Of a stretch of 64,000 bases of DNA, positions 1 through 10,469 are shown piece after piece. The translations under genes were made by a program, and so were the position numbers. Source of the DNA: Octopus vulgaris (taxonomy: Eukaryota); assembly GCA_951406725.2 (NCBI GenBank), contig OX597831.1, positions 39,432,001-39,496,000 on the forward strand, in the 5' to 3' direction. Numbering within the stretch: the first letter of the stretch is position 1; each line of letters begins with the position of its first letter. The notes under the pieces are model-generated. The model saw only the letters and a list, made by a program, of their open reading frames with translations, made no database searches and was not told where the DNA came from.

Positions 1-10
1 ATCCTCAGTA

Positions 11-90
11 AAGCAATCCTTTTCCATTGTATAATTGTATCTGATAGCCAAAGCAATCCATTTCCATTGTATAATTGTATCTGATAGCCA
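11..90. repeat. 40-bp tandem duplication (2 copies)
   Basis: aagcaatcc(t/a)tttccattgtataattgtatctgatagcca at 11-50 and 51-90, one mismatch. Confidence 0.95.
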
Positions 91-147
91 ACACCCATAG
101 ACGGGATTAATAAAATAAACTCCAAGGTTTAAACCTAGATGGAATTG

Positions 148-368
148 TTATGTATGTATGTGTGTATGTATATATGTATGTGTGCATGTATGTATGCATG
201 CATGTATATACGTACGCATGTACGTACGTACGTATGTATGTATGTATGTATGTATGTATGTATGTATGTACGTATGTATGAATGTATGTATGTATGTACG
301 CATGTACGTATGTATGTACGTATGTATGTATGTATGTATGTATGTATGCATGTATGTATGTATATATG
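148..368. repeat. (TATG)n microsatellite
   Basis: Directly visible; source of the MYVC/HTYI ORFs. Confidence 0.97.
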
Positions 369-877
369 TACGCTAGTTAGTGAGATGGTTGTGATCTGTA
401 AACAGTTTTGAGTAGGAACCGGAAAAAGAAATACGAACACGCAATGCGCATGAGCACACTGAATTCGTAAAACTGAAGAGAAGAATCAAAGCACAGTGTC
501 AAACAAGTTACATGATGATCTGCATGCCACGATTGACGCCACTGTTATGCAGCTTTGGCTGCAATTTTCTTGTTTATTATGTTTTTATTGCACCCTGAAT
601 TAATATATTTGATGGCATATAAGACATATTTTTCTTGAAAAATGTCACCCCAAAGAAAATATATATATATATCACCGCGGAACCAATATCCGACGCTGGA
701 ACGGCCATTAGTTTTAATGCTCCGTAAACATTTATCTTTGACTAGGCACTACTGAAATTGAACTGAGTTTAATATAAATGTGTATATTTTATGCCATCAT
801 GTATGATTAATATGTTACTAGTCACAAATTAACATGTATTTAAAATATGTCGACATGAACTGTTAAACTGTCACTCT

Positions 878-1601
878 CTCGGTTACGAAGACAAGACGAG
901 GGTTCCAGTTGATCCGGTGATTTGAGCACTTTACAAGGATGCATATCCTTAACGTAGTTCTCAGAGAGATTTCAGCGGGACACAGCATGTGGCAAGGCTG
1001 GCCCTTTCAATTAGAAGTGGTACTAGATCTTTTCGGTTTGAACGGCAGTTTTTTCTAGCGGTGTCATATGAAATTGTCACCCATAATTATGACCCTAGTA
1101 TCGATCTATTGCATTTCAATCTGTTTTAGGGTTAGGTTTAGTTAGGGTTAGGGTTAGGGGTGGGGGAAGGGTATCTTTTTTTTTCTTCACAAATGTAAAT
1201 AAACCCAATCTGTTTCTTAAACGAGGGACATATTCATACGACACAGAATGTTTATTACCTCAATAGACGTCATTGATTGGTTGAAATTGCAGAAATTGAA
1301 GAAAAAAACAACAAATATCTTACAAAGCATAGAATTTTCTCAATAAAGCCAAGAGAAAAAGATGTTTTATAAACACATTCTACCAGTATACGAAGTTTAA
1401 CATTTTTTAGTTACCTAGATATTATGTTAAAAACTGCCGTTCAAACCGAAAAGATCCGTGGTACTTATTTTTGCCTGCTGAGCGGACTGGAGCAACATGA
1501 AATAAAGTGTCTTTGTCAAAGACCTAATGCACCACCAAGACTCGAACTCTCGACCTTACGATTGTGAACCGAATATTCTAACCACTAAGCCACGCGCCTT
1601 C
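878..1601 (-). mobile_element. tRNA-derived SINE, family C, interrupted by a MITE
   Basis: Minus-strand head aaggcgcgtggcttagtggttag (A box) ... gagttcgagtc (B box); CORE-like block; body homologous to 21962-22283, 8580-8880 and 42645-43022; split at 1024/1458. Confidence 0.8.
1025..1457. mobile_element. Non-autonomous DNA transposon (MITE), 8-bp TSD, internal TTAGGG repeats
   Basis: TIRs gatcttttcggtttgaacggcagttttt / aaaaactgccgttcaaaccgaaaagatc; perfect TSD GTGGTACT at 1017-1024 and 1458-1465. Confidence 0.93.
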
Positions 1602-2085
1602 GCAAAACGAACTGTTAAACGTGTATTAAATATGTAACACTAACTTATTTATTGTTGACTTTTAGCTTCATATATGTTCTTCTAGAAATTGTTTAGAAGT
1701 CATAAGAAGAATTTCATTTACGAATTCAAAATATGAAACGTATGTAGATTGTTCTTTTAAGGAAATCAATTACTTTCAGTCATTTTCTCTATGAATAAAT
1801 TCACTGAATTGCTTTCGCAGCAACAGAAAATAAATCCACTCACGAATACATTTAACTAAAAAGAAAACAGTGATTCTAATAAATCCTTATTTGCATATTT
1901 ATTCTAAAAACATTCCGGCAGATTCGAACGCAAATATACCTAACGCTGTTAGTATCTACATGAGAACAACTTCACCCTTTTGCGACGGCAATATGTTCAT
2001 AGTATACTCGCCTCATTGGGGCAAGGGATATAAGATTGCACAACAAGGATTGGCATGTCTGCGTTCGAATCTTTTGAGACGTATT

Positions 2086-2118
<33 letters not shown>

Positions 2119-2121
<3 letters not shown>

Positions 2122-2487
2122 AGGTTATAATAGTGTACTCATAAGGTGTTGGAATCTTACATTGCGTATAAACTCTATATTTGGTATGAACAATTTTAAA
2201 TGCAGTTGGATTTTTCTCATAAGGTATTGGAATCTTACATATATACCATTCTGCCTAAAAAATGGATCTACAAATTCAATATCCCTACATATCTATTTTC
2301 TTTCCCCCACCTCACTCTCTATTTTGTATCCCACCTAAATTAATTATTATTTAACCATCCTCTCACACCATCTCCGATGAAGGGATATAATTAATAAATA
2401 TCTTGGAAACAGCTGTAAGACCTTCTATCCATAAATGTTCTAATATCTACTCAGCCTTGGTTTTTTATCTCATTACACAAAAAATTC

Positions 2488-2490
<3 letters not shown>
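2119..2490 (+). mobile_element. Probable Penelope-like terminal remnant inserted in (TA)n, with degenerate hammerhead motif
   Basis: Flanked by (TA)n on both sides; contains tct-CCGATGA-a-gggata...tatctt-g-GAAA-cagctg-TA-aga at 2371-2420. Confidence 0.45.
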
Positions 2491-2522
<32 letters not shown>

Positions 2523-3278
2523 AGACCTCGTTTGAGACCTCACTGCACACCGTACAAATAACGATTTGTTTTCAGTTGGCATATATTAGCACTGATCAGA
2601 AAAACAATTTGCTGAAATTACAAGCAAAAGCCACCCGCCTTCGTTCAGACACAAAGGTCCATCTGCTTCTAGTGAACGGGGCAAAATGTCAAAACACCGG
2701 TATCCCAGAATCCCTTATACCAATGAACATCACCGTGTTAAAAGGAAAAGCTGTTTTCCTGCGACGTACACAACAGCGATTAGCATATTTGTGTTCGAAG
2801 AAGGCTGAAAGTATTAAAAATGAATATACAAGTTATTTTAAAACCTGTATAATTATTATATTTGATGGTATGCAAGACAAACTTATTTTTAAAACAATGT
2901 CTCAAAAATCCACCACCATCGACGTATTATATGCGAAGTTGGGCCTATATTACTTCTTTTAATGTACTATAAACGTTTATTTCCTGAGTATGCGCTGCTG
3001 AAATTGGGGTGCATCTCATATGAATGTGCTGCATTTATGCCATCAAATACGGTGTAAAATATTCTCTCATTTGTTTAATATTTGTTATTAATTGTTTCGT
3101 TGTTGTTGTTTTTTCAGAAGTGTTTCTCAACTTATTTAGTCTAAAATCGACAGTGCATAGACCGAATCAATAAAGCAGCCGACAGTATGATCTTGCAGTT
3201 TTTAGTATTGTAGTGATTCGAAACCTAACGGCTATATATTCGGCTAGGCATCAAGAGCGAGCTACTACAGTTTCAAGG

Positions 3279-3302
3279 GATTGGTCTGAAAATCAACCAA
3301 TC
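3279..3302. promoter_or_regulatory. Inverted pair of CCAAT boxes in unique CpG-richer DNA
   Basis: gATTGGt (3279-3285) and aCCAATc (3296-3302); surrounding 3150-3990 is largely non-repetitive. Confidence 0.3.
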
Positions 3303-4026
3303 AGCGTGAAGCTGTGGTGTGACTACAATTTAACCTCTTTTCGCTCTTAAAAATCGTTTGGCGCCTACCTCACCAGACAGATGACCACTGTCATTCGAGC
3401 AGACAGCTACGGACATTTGCGCCGAATACTTCGGATAATCAGACAGACCGATTCTCAACATTCACATGATGTCCCGTAGATAGCAGTCTACGGAAACAGT
3501 GCGGTCTTCTCTACTCCCAGTTAGCAATTGTGTTATTAGCATCTTTCAGTGTACGAAATATCTTGTCCGGCCATTAATATTATAGGTAAAAAAATTCGTG
3601 AGTTTGCCTTAGTTATTATTCGCGCAGACAATACATTACACATCGCTACTGCAGTACGACACCGACCAGCACGCCACAGCAGTTGGGATAAAGCCACCCA
3701 CCGCGACAATGACGACACAGACGTTCACAGCGCATGATCATTGACCATCTCGATATAGACGACCAAGCAACCACGCGACAATATCAACATAGACACGCAC
3801 CCACACACACACACACACATATACATACACACAATTAAGAAAGAGCAATGAATCTACCCAATATCTCTCAATCCACCAATATATCCGCATTAGCGAGCGT
3901 CCACTTGTGTACGTCAGAGTCAGTGAAGTGTGACCATCACAGATAATTAGCAGTGCCACAAACTGTCACCAGATGTGTTGTATTTCATATGCACATGACC
4001 GATTATTGTGTGCACTGTGTTGCAAT

Positions 4027-4264
<238 letters not shown>

Positions 4265-4544
4265 TGGAAGAGAGAGGTGGGTTGGTCAGGATTTGGGAGA
4301 AACTCTATTTAATTAGCACTTTCATCTCTTCTGAAAAATTCATTATTTATAGAAAATTCATGTTTTATATACTTGTGAGTTGGCTGAAAAAATATGGAGG
4401 TGAATTGGGAAGAGAATGTTCTTTGATATTTTTAAGCTATATGTATGTTTTATATATATATATATATGTGTGTGTATGTGTAAACGTGTTGGTTTGTATG
4501 TGTGTGAATGTGTAGAGTGAATTTTTGGAGGCTTGGTTAGCGAG

Positions 4545-4709
4545 ATAAAAAAGAAAAACAAAAAAAAGAAAGAAAGAAAAGACAGAGAAAGAAAGAGAGG
4601 GAGAAAGAAAGAGAGAGAGAAAGAGATAGAGAAAGAAAGAAACAGAGAGAGGGAGGAAGAGAAAGAAAGAAAGAAAGAAACAGAGAGAGGGAGGAAGAGA
4701 AAGAAAGAG

Positions 4710-4744
<35 letters not shown>

Positions 4745-4812
4745 GAAAAAGAAAGAAAAGAAGAAAGAAAGAACGAAGGAAAGAACGAAAGAAAGAAAGA
4801 AAGAAAGAAGGT

Positions 4813-4843
<31 letters not shown>

Positions 4844-4865
4844 GAAGAAAGAAAGAAAGAAAGAA
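4545..4865. repeat. (GAAA)n/(GA)n purine-rich repeat
   Basis: Directly visible. Confidence 0.97.
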
Positions 4866-5062
4866 ATCCATTTCTCAGATGGTTGAAATTTCATTTTATA
4901 TTTCGTCAGTTACCCAGCTGCACAAAGGGATCTTATAGAATGGTTGAAATTAATGACAGTTCAAAAGTCATTTTTTTTTTAGTCGTTGTACTTTTGGTCA
5001 GTTGTCATATTACGCAGTTTTAGAAAATAGAATTTATCAAATTGTTTTGATAGAGTATATGT

Positions 5063-5357
5063 GTAGCTGCGTGGTAAGTAGCTTGCGTACCAACCACATG
5101 GTCCCGGGTTCAGTCCCACTGCATGGCACCTCAGGCGAGTGTCTTGTACTATAGCCACGGGCCGACTTTGTGAGTGGATTTGGTAGACGGAAACTGAAAG
5201 AAGCCCGCCGTATATATACATATATATATATATATATATTGGCCTGCTCGCTTAGCCAGCGGGGTGGCGTCATTTGAAGGCTAATACAATGCGAAACGCA
5301 TTGTGACCAGCGATTTCAAGCAACATCTGATAGCCTGGTCGGTCACGTGATCACGTG

Positions 5358-5389
<32 letters not shown>

Positions 5390-5592
5390 ATATGTTTGTG
5401 TGTCTCCCCCCCCCCCATCCCTTGATAATCGATGTCGGTGTGCTTACGTCCCTGTAACTTAGCGGTTCGGCAAAAAAGACCGATAGAATAAGTACTTGGC
5501 TTACAAAGAATAAAGTCATGGGGTCGATTTGCTCGACTAAAAGCGGTGCTCCAACATGGCCACAGTCAAACGATGGAAAGAAATAAAAGAAT
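5063..5592 (+). mobile_element. tRNA-derived SINE, family A (internal microsatellite), with nested insert
   Basis: Head gctgcgtggtaagtagc...ggttcagtccc (A/B boxes), internal (TA)n(TG)n, 3' half ...ttagcggttcggcaaaa...ggtgctccaacatggcc; homologous to 20521-20935. Confidence 0.88.
5240..5359 (+). mobile_element. Short insert in (TA)n, probably a 5'-truncated retroelement 3' end
   Basis: Non-SINE-A sequence between two (TA)n runs; hairpin acaatgcg-aaa-cgcattgt (5286-5304); ends in tandem tcacgtga repeats. Confidence 0.55.
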
Positions 5593-6100
5593 ACAACGAA
5601 AAAAGGCCGCGCGACCGCAAGACGGCCGAATATGGGGGAGCGCAAAAGAAAATGAAAATGTCCTGTAGGATTGGAGACGAGAAAGAAGCAGATAGAAAAT
5701 AAGAACAAAAAATGAAGGAAACGAACAGTGAAGAAAAAGTGTAGGAGCAGAGAGAAACGCGACTGACCGAGTCAACGGTGAGGCGAAATAAGAAATGGAT
5801 GAGAGATATGAATGGTCACGCATCATGGGCTAGTATGAAGGGAGAGACGGAGTGGTGGAGGGCAGAGGGACGGGAGTAACACAGAGGAAAGTGATAGAGA
5901 GAAAGATAAATGGAGGAAGGCAAAACATGAAATGAAGTGTTTTGCTCAAGAACGCTACGCACCGTCCTGTTCGGGAATCGAAACCACAATATAGCGAGCG
6001 TAAATGCCATACCCTAATCTACTCGCAAATTGATATGACTATAATTTTCAAAATCAAAAAGAGTTAAAAACAGAAGATAATTTGAAAAAATTAGGAATTA

Positions 6101-6314
6101 TTTTCTTATGCTAATCTAAATAAATAAAAAAACTTTTACTTTGTAGACAAGGGATTACTTTGTAGACAAGGGATAACTTTTCTTATGCTAATTTAAATAA
6201 ATAAAAAACTTTTACTTTGTAGACAAGGAATTACTTTGTAGACAAGGGATAACTTTTCTTATGCTAATTTAAATAAATAAAAAAACTTTTACTTTGTAGA
6301 CAAGGGATAACTTT
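6101..6314. repeat. Tandem repeat, ~77-bp unit x3, with inner 19-bp repeat
   Basis: Units start ttttcttatgctaat at 6101, 6178 and 6254; inner ttactttgtagacaaggga present 2,2,1 times. Confidence 0.92.
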
Positions 6315-6352
6315 GGATATGTTTCGGTCTACTCGACCTCATCAGCATAAGC
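6310..6352 (-). ncRNA. Minimal type-I hammerhead ribozyme motif (Penelope-associated type)
   Basis: Minus strand: GCUUAUG-CUGAUGA-GGUC(GAGUA)GACC-GAAA-CAUA-UC^CAAAGU; intact core, 4-bp stem II, single A-U stem III, AUC triplet, stem I of 6 bp with one bulge. Confidence 0.6.
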
Positions 6353-6699
6353 GAGTGTAACTAAATTTTCAGATCAGTGATTTGATTTTAACGCGTAAGA
6401 AAAAATGTTACGAATATTTTTGACCAGAAACATTTGCATTATTAAAGCTGAAGGAATTAATTGTAATAGGCCAATGAATAATTTGAGTTATTTCCCTTAA
6501 CAAATCCTTTATTTTAACATCTTCGTGACTTTATCGATTACACTCGTAAAACATGACAATAAGAGATGAGGACTGAATAATAAAAACATGAAAAAAGAAT
6601 ACAAACAAAATAACGCAAAGAACACAGCTAAATGACTTAAACGACTATGCCTTTTTAATTTTAAAGGAACAGTCAATAAATTATTTTCACTAAAATACG

Positions 6700-6760
6700 A
6701 ACAAAATGGCGGCGAAACACTACCATTTGTACACGACAGCAATCTTTCGGCCATTTTGTT
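6700..6760. promoter_or_regulatory. Inverted pair of YY1-type motifs
   Basis: CAAAATGGCGGC at 6702-6713 and GCCATTTTG at 6750-6758; arms aacaaaatggc(gg)cgaaa / tttcggccattttgtt. Confidence 0.4.
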
Positions 6761-6957
6761 GTTTAGTTTACATGTATTTTTTCTTTCACTTGTTTTCTTT
6801 TTCCTTGTAGAATTTTACTTTTGCTTTCTGCATCAAAATCTATTGCTTGGGTCGTTTAACCGACATCACTTTGGCCGACTGGACAACACCAAGCTGCTAA
6901 AGCTAATAAAACTTGTTAGATTTTATCTCTGTTTTATTTCAATTCGGACCATTTAAC

Positions 6958-6993
6958 ATGGTCGAAAAGAAAACTCCGCCAACATATAACCAG
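6958..6993 (+). CDS. Candidate first coding exon (MVEKKTPPTYNQ), unverified
   Basis: aacATGG start context, 12 codons including a PPxY motif, ends CAG|gtattt in phase 0; lies downstream of YY1-type motifs in unique DNA. Confidence 0.25.
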
Positions 6994-7411
6994 GTATTTT
7001 CTTATTTTCTCTTCTTTCTATGATTGTTTTTTTCTTTATATTTATTTCTTGTTTTCCTTCGGTTTTATTCGTTGGCGTTTTATGTTTTGTTGAGGCGGAG
7101 GTGGGGAGGGGGGAGGCTTTTAACCAGCAGAGAATCGTATCATAAAAATAAATGACACGTAATTTTTATAACCCTCTACTTTTCGTGACAAAATTTTCCC
7201 CAAACTTTCAATTTTTTTAACCTTACACCAAAGAGAAAAAAAAAAGAAAACCAGACAAAAAAAAACAAACAAAATAAATTATCTGTTTACCATATAAATT
7301 ATTCGGCTTTTCGTTTTAATGTGAACGCTCAATAACATTCAAAATAAAATAAGACACTAGAAGACTCTAACGAGAAAACAATGGAAGGAAACTTTATTTT
7401 AAAAACAAAAT

Positions 7412-7765
7412 TTCGTCTTGTCGGTAAATCATTTAATTTAAATTTCCCTTTCTAATCAAACATGCAAAATTTACCTAAAGTAAAAGAATCACATGAGACC
7501 ATAAAATGCAGAATGGTTAACTTTCAGGGTTCGTCTTGGCGAGAGATCGTTTATTTTATATTTCTGCTTCTGATCAAATCTATTAAATTTATCCCACCAA
7601 AAATAATATAATCACCTGAAATTATAAAATGCAGACAGGGTCCTTATTATGGATAACTTTCAGGGTTCGTCTTGTCGAAAGATTTTCGTCTATTTTATAT
7701 TTCTGTTTCTTTGCAAAAATGATTCACATGAAATCATAAAATACTGGCGGAGTCCTTATCATGGC
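7412..7765. repeat. Diverged tandem repeat, ~120-bp unit, ~3 copies
   Basis: Recurrent ttcgtcttg(t/g)cg...tattttatatttctg and tcac(a/c)tga...ataaaat blocks. Confidence 0.75.
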
Positions 7766-7838
7766 CAGCGTTCTTAATTGGTGATTACTAAGGCCTCAAC
7801 TTGATATTAAAATAAAATTGTTGTTCTTGTTGTTGTAG

Positions 7839-7903
7839 ATTTTATTTGTTTATTCATTTATTTATCTGTCATGAAGAACAATGAAGACATTGCCGCATTG
7901 CAG
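7839..7903 (+). other. Candidate exon (acceptor gttgtag|, ATG at 7871 giving MKNNEDIAALQ, donor CAG|gtaatt)
   Basis: T-rich acceptor and near-consensus donor; no homology support. Confidence 0.2.
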
Positions 7904-8075
7904 GTAATTGCCTAATCGATCTTGGAATAAACGCAAACAGAAAACAAGGAATACAACCGTCGTTTGGATTTAGAATAATTTGATAGTAGGAACCATGCTT
8001 TTCATAAATGGTTTAGGTACCCATACAGTCGCAAGCGAATTGGCAAATTAGCTAAAACAAAATAGCTAATTTAAA

Positions 8076-8481
8076 AGGCAGAAACGTTAGGATGCCGGGC
8101 GAAATGCTTAGTGGTATTTCGTCTGCTGTTACGTTCTGAGTTCAAATTCCGCCGAGCTCGACTTTGCCTTTCATCTTTTCGGGGTCGATTAAATAAGTAC
8201 CAGTTACGCACTGGGGTCGATGTAACCGATTTAATCCGTTTGCCTGTCCTTGTTTGTCCTCTGTGTGTGTAGCCCCTTGTGGGTAGTAAAGAAATGGTTA
8301 TTTCGTCTGCCGTTACGTTCTGAGTTCAAATTCTGCCGCGGTCAACTTTGCCTTTCATCCTTTCGGGGTCGATTTTTTTAATTACCAGTTACGCACTAGA
8401 GTCGATATAATTGACTTAATCCGTTTGTCTGTCCTTGTTTGTCCCCTCTGTGTGTAGCCCCTTGTGGGCAGTAAAGAAATA
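8076..8481 (+). mobile_element. SINE family B, head-to-tail dimer
   Basis: ggcagaaacgttag...gagttcaaattcc (B box)...gcctttcatcctttcggggtcgat...tail gccccttgtgggtagtaaagaaat, twice; TSD-like aaaatag(c/t)taa at 8059-8069 and 8481-8491. Confidence 0.9.
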
Positions 8482-8579
8482 AAATAGTTAAAACATGAGA
8501 TAAAACGACGCGTGGTTTTTGCTTCGGAACCCTATACTTTGAGTCCAAATCACGGTGGGAATAACTACACCTTTGACTT

Positions 8580-8880
8580 AGCAGTTGGGGTAATTAGCTC
8601 ATGATCGTATAGTTGTATGCTCGATTCTAAGTGACACATTGTGGTCTTGAGCAACACACATTATTTCAAATTTCTCTACTTTATTCAGCTGGCAAAAATG
8701 GATCGTACCCGGAATTCAAAGGGCCGACTCTGTCACATTCTGCGTCACGCTGAATCTCTCTAAGAACTACTTTAAGGGTTACGTGTGTGTCTGTGGAGTA
8801 CTCAGACACTACCACGTTAATTTCAGATGTTCTGCTGATCGCATCATCTGGGACACTCGTGGTCGTAACCGAGGGAGTAT
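8580..8880 (+). mobile_element. SINE family C, degenerate
   Basis: Reverse complement homologous to 21962-22283 (ctcatgatcgta...cttgagcaacacac...cagctggcaaaaatg...ctcgtggtcgtaaccga). Confidence 0.7.
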
Positions 8881-9046
8881 CTGTTTGTCAAAGAATGTTT
8901 GTCGACAAATGACAAAGAGAATACTCAACAAGGCTCAACACATAATTAGGGTTTTATTGTTTATTTGAATTGAATTCCTACCTTCCTCCCAACTCGCGTT
9001 TCACACCACAGCAATCGTGTGTGCGTGTCTTAAGCTGATGAATACT

Positions 9047-9297
9047 TCTTTCTACTCTAGGCACAAGGCCTGACATTTTGGAGGGGAGGGGACTAGTCGA
9101 TTACATCGACCCCTCAGTGTTTCACTGGTACTTATTTTACCGACCACGAAAGGATGAAAGGCAAAGTCGACCTCGGCGGAATTTGAACTCAGAACATACG
9201 ACGGGCAAACTACCTGTTTCTTTACTACCCACAAGGGGCTAAACACAGAGAGGACAAACAAGGACAGAGAAACGGATTAAGTCGATTATATCGACCC
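9047..9297 (-). mobile_element. SINE family B composite (tail-2 unit joined to tail-1 copy)
   Basis: ctactctaggcacaaggcc...tcgacctcggcggaatttgaactcagaac...tacc|tgtttctttactacccacaaggggctaaac. Confidence 0.85.
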
Positions 9298-9543
9298 CGG
9301 GACTTATTCTTTGTAAGCCTAGTACTTATTCTATCGGTCTTTTTTGCCGAACCGCTAAGTTACGGTGACGTAAACACACCAGCATCGGTCGTCAAGCGAT
9401 GTTGGGGGTACAAACACAGACACACAAACACACACACACACACATACACACACACAGACACACACACACACATATATATATATACTTACACACACACATA
9501 CATATATATACACTTACACACACACATACACACACACACACAC

Positions 9544-9588
<45 letters not shown>

Positions 9589-9591
<3 letters not shown>

Positions 9592-10137
9592 GGTGTTCCA
9601 AAAGAAACAGTGCACTGAACATTTTCATAGGTATACATAAAGAAACAGTGCACTGAACACAAGAAAGGATATTTATAGTTGAAAATGTTTTCGTGTCAGT
9701 ATGGCTGCAGTTGGTGATGTATTTGGGGATCGTGTGATCTCTCGTGGTTTGTGGCCACCTCGATCACCGGATTTAACACCTCCTGACTTTTATTTGTGGG
9801 GCAAATTGAAAGACTCAGTGTATGCAGACAATCCTCGAACTACGGATGAACTGAAGCAGAAAATAACAAGTGTTATTCAAAACATCAAACCTGATGAACT
9901 TGAGTGTGTTTTTCAAAACACGCAGCGTCGCGCTCGTTTATGTCTGCAGGTGAATGGCGCACACTTTCAACAGTTATTGTAGATCATATCTTACTGCACG
10001 AGTCAATCCTCAATCGTACTTTAGTTGATAAGGTATTGAATTTGTGAATATTTGCAATAAATAGTATTTTTCTGTGAGTTTTGTTTCTTTGGGTTATTAG
10101 CATATTCCTACTGCACTGTTTCTTTTGGAACACCCTG
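9589..10137 (+). mobile_element. Internally deleted Tc1/mariner-superfamily DNA transposon (549 bp)
   Basis: Perfect 26-bp TIRs CAGGGTGTTCCAAAAGAAACAGTGCA, TA on both sides, transposase C-terminus inside. Confidence 0.95.
9701..9982 (+). pseudogene. C-terminal fragment of a DDxD transposase (rosa/DD41D- or maT-like)
   Basis: FGDRVISRGLWPPRSPDLTPPDFYLWGKLKDSVY...NGAHFQQLL; WPPRSPDL motif plus third catalytic D; N-terminal domains absent. Confidence 0.9.
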
Positions 10138-10469
10138 TATATATATATATATATATATATATACAACGGACTACCAAATCCACTCAAGGCTTTGGTCGGC
10201 CCGAAGCTATAGTAGAACACACTTGCCCAAGGTACCACGCAGTGGGACTGAACCCAGAACCATTTGGGTTGGTAAGCAAGCTACTTACCACACAGCCACT
10301 CCTGAAAAATAATTTAATAATAAATCTCCAAATGCACGATGACTAGCGAGAATCAAAATGATGAATTACAAATTCGATTGCAATACGTTCCGCTAGATTC
10401 GAGCTTGAATATTGCTAATCGCATCTCGTCCGTGGAAAACAATTTCTCCATTGTTCTTTTAACTTATAG

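Larger units (their letters stand above)
9297..10303 (-). mobile_element. SINE family A with a nested Tc1/mariner element in its internal (TA)n
   Basis: 3' half at 9297-9430, head half at 10165-10303, both homologous to 20521-20935. Confidence 0.85.

Noticed and set aside
606-800. Tc2/pogo-like MITE (tgatggcatataa ... ttttatgccatca)
   Set aside because: Short inverted match only; outer termini and TSD are not recognisable
1126-1160. True telomere or chromosome-fusion scar
   Set aside because: Only a few units, enclosed within a TIR/TSD-bounded MITE
2576-2962. 128-aa ORF
   Set aside because: TTG start and no recognisable motif; adjoins a possible Tc2/pogo-like terminus near 3005-3053
6661-6680. 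Kolobok-type terminus ttaa|aggaacagt
   Set aside because: No matching inverted terminus found nearby
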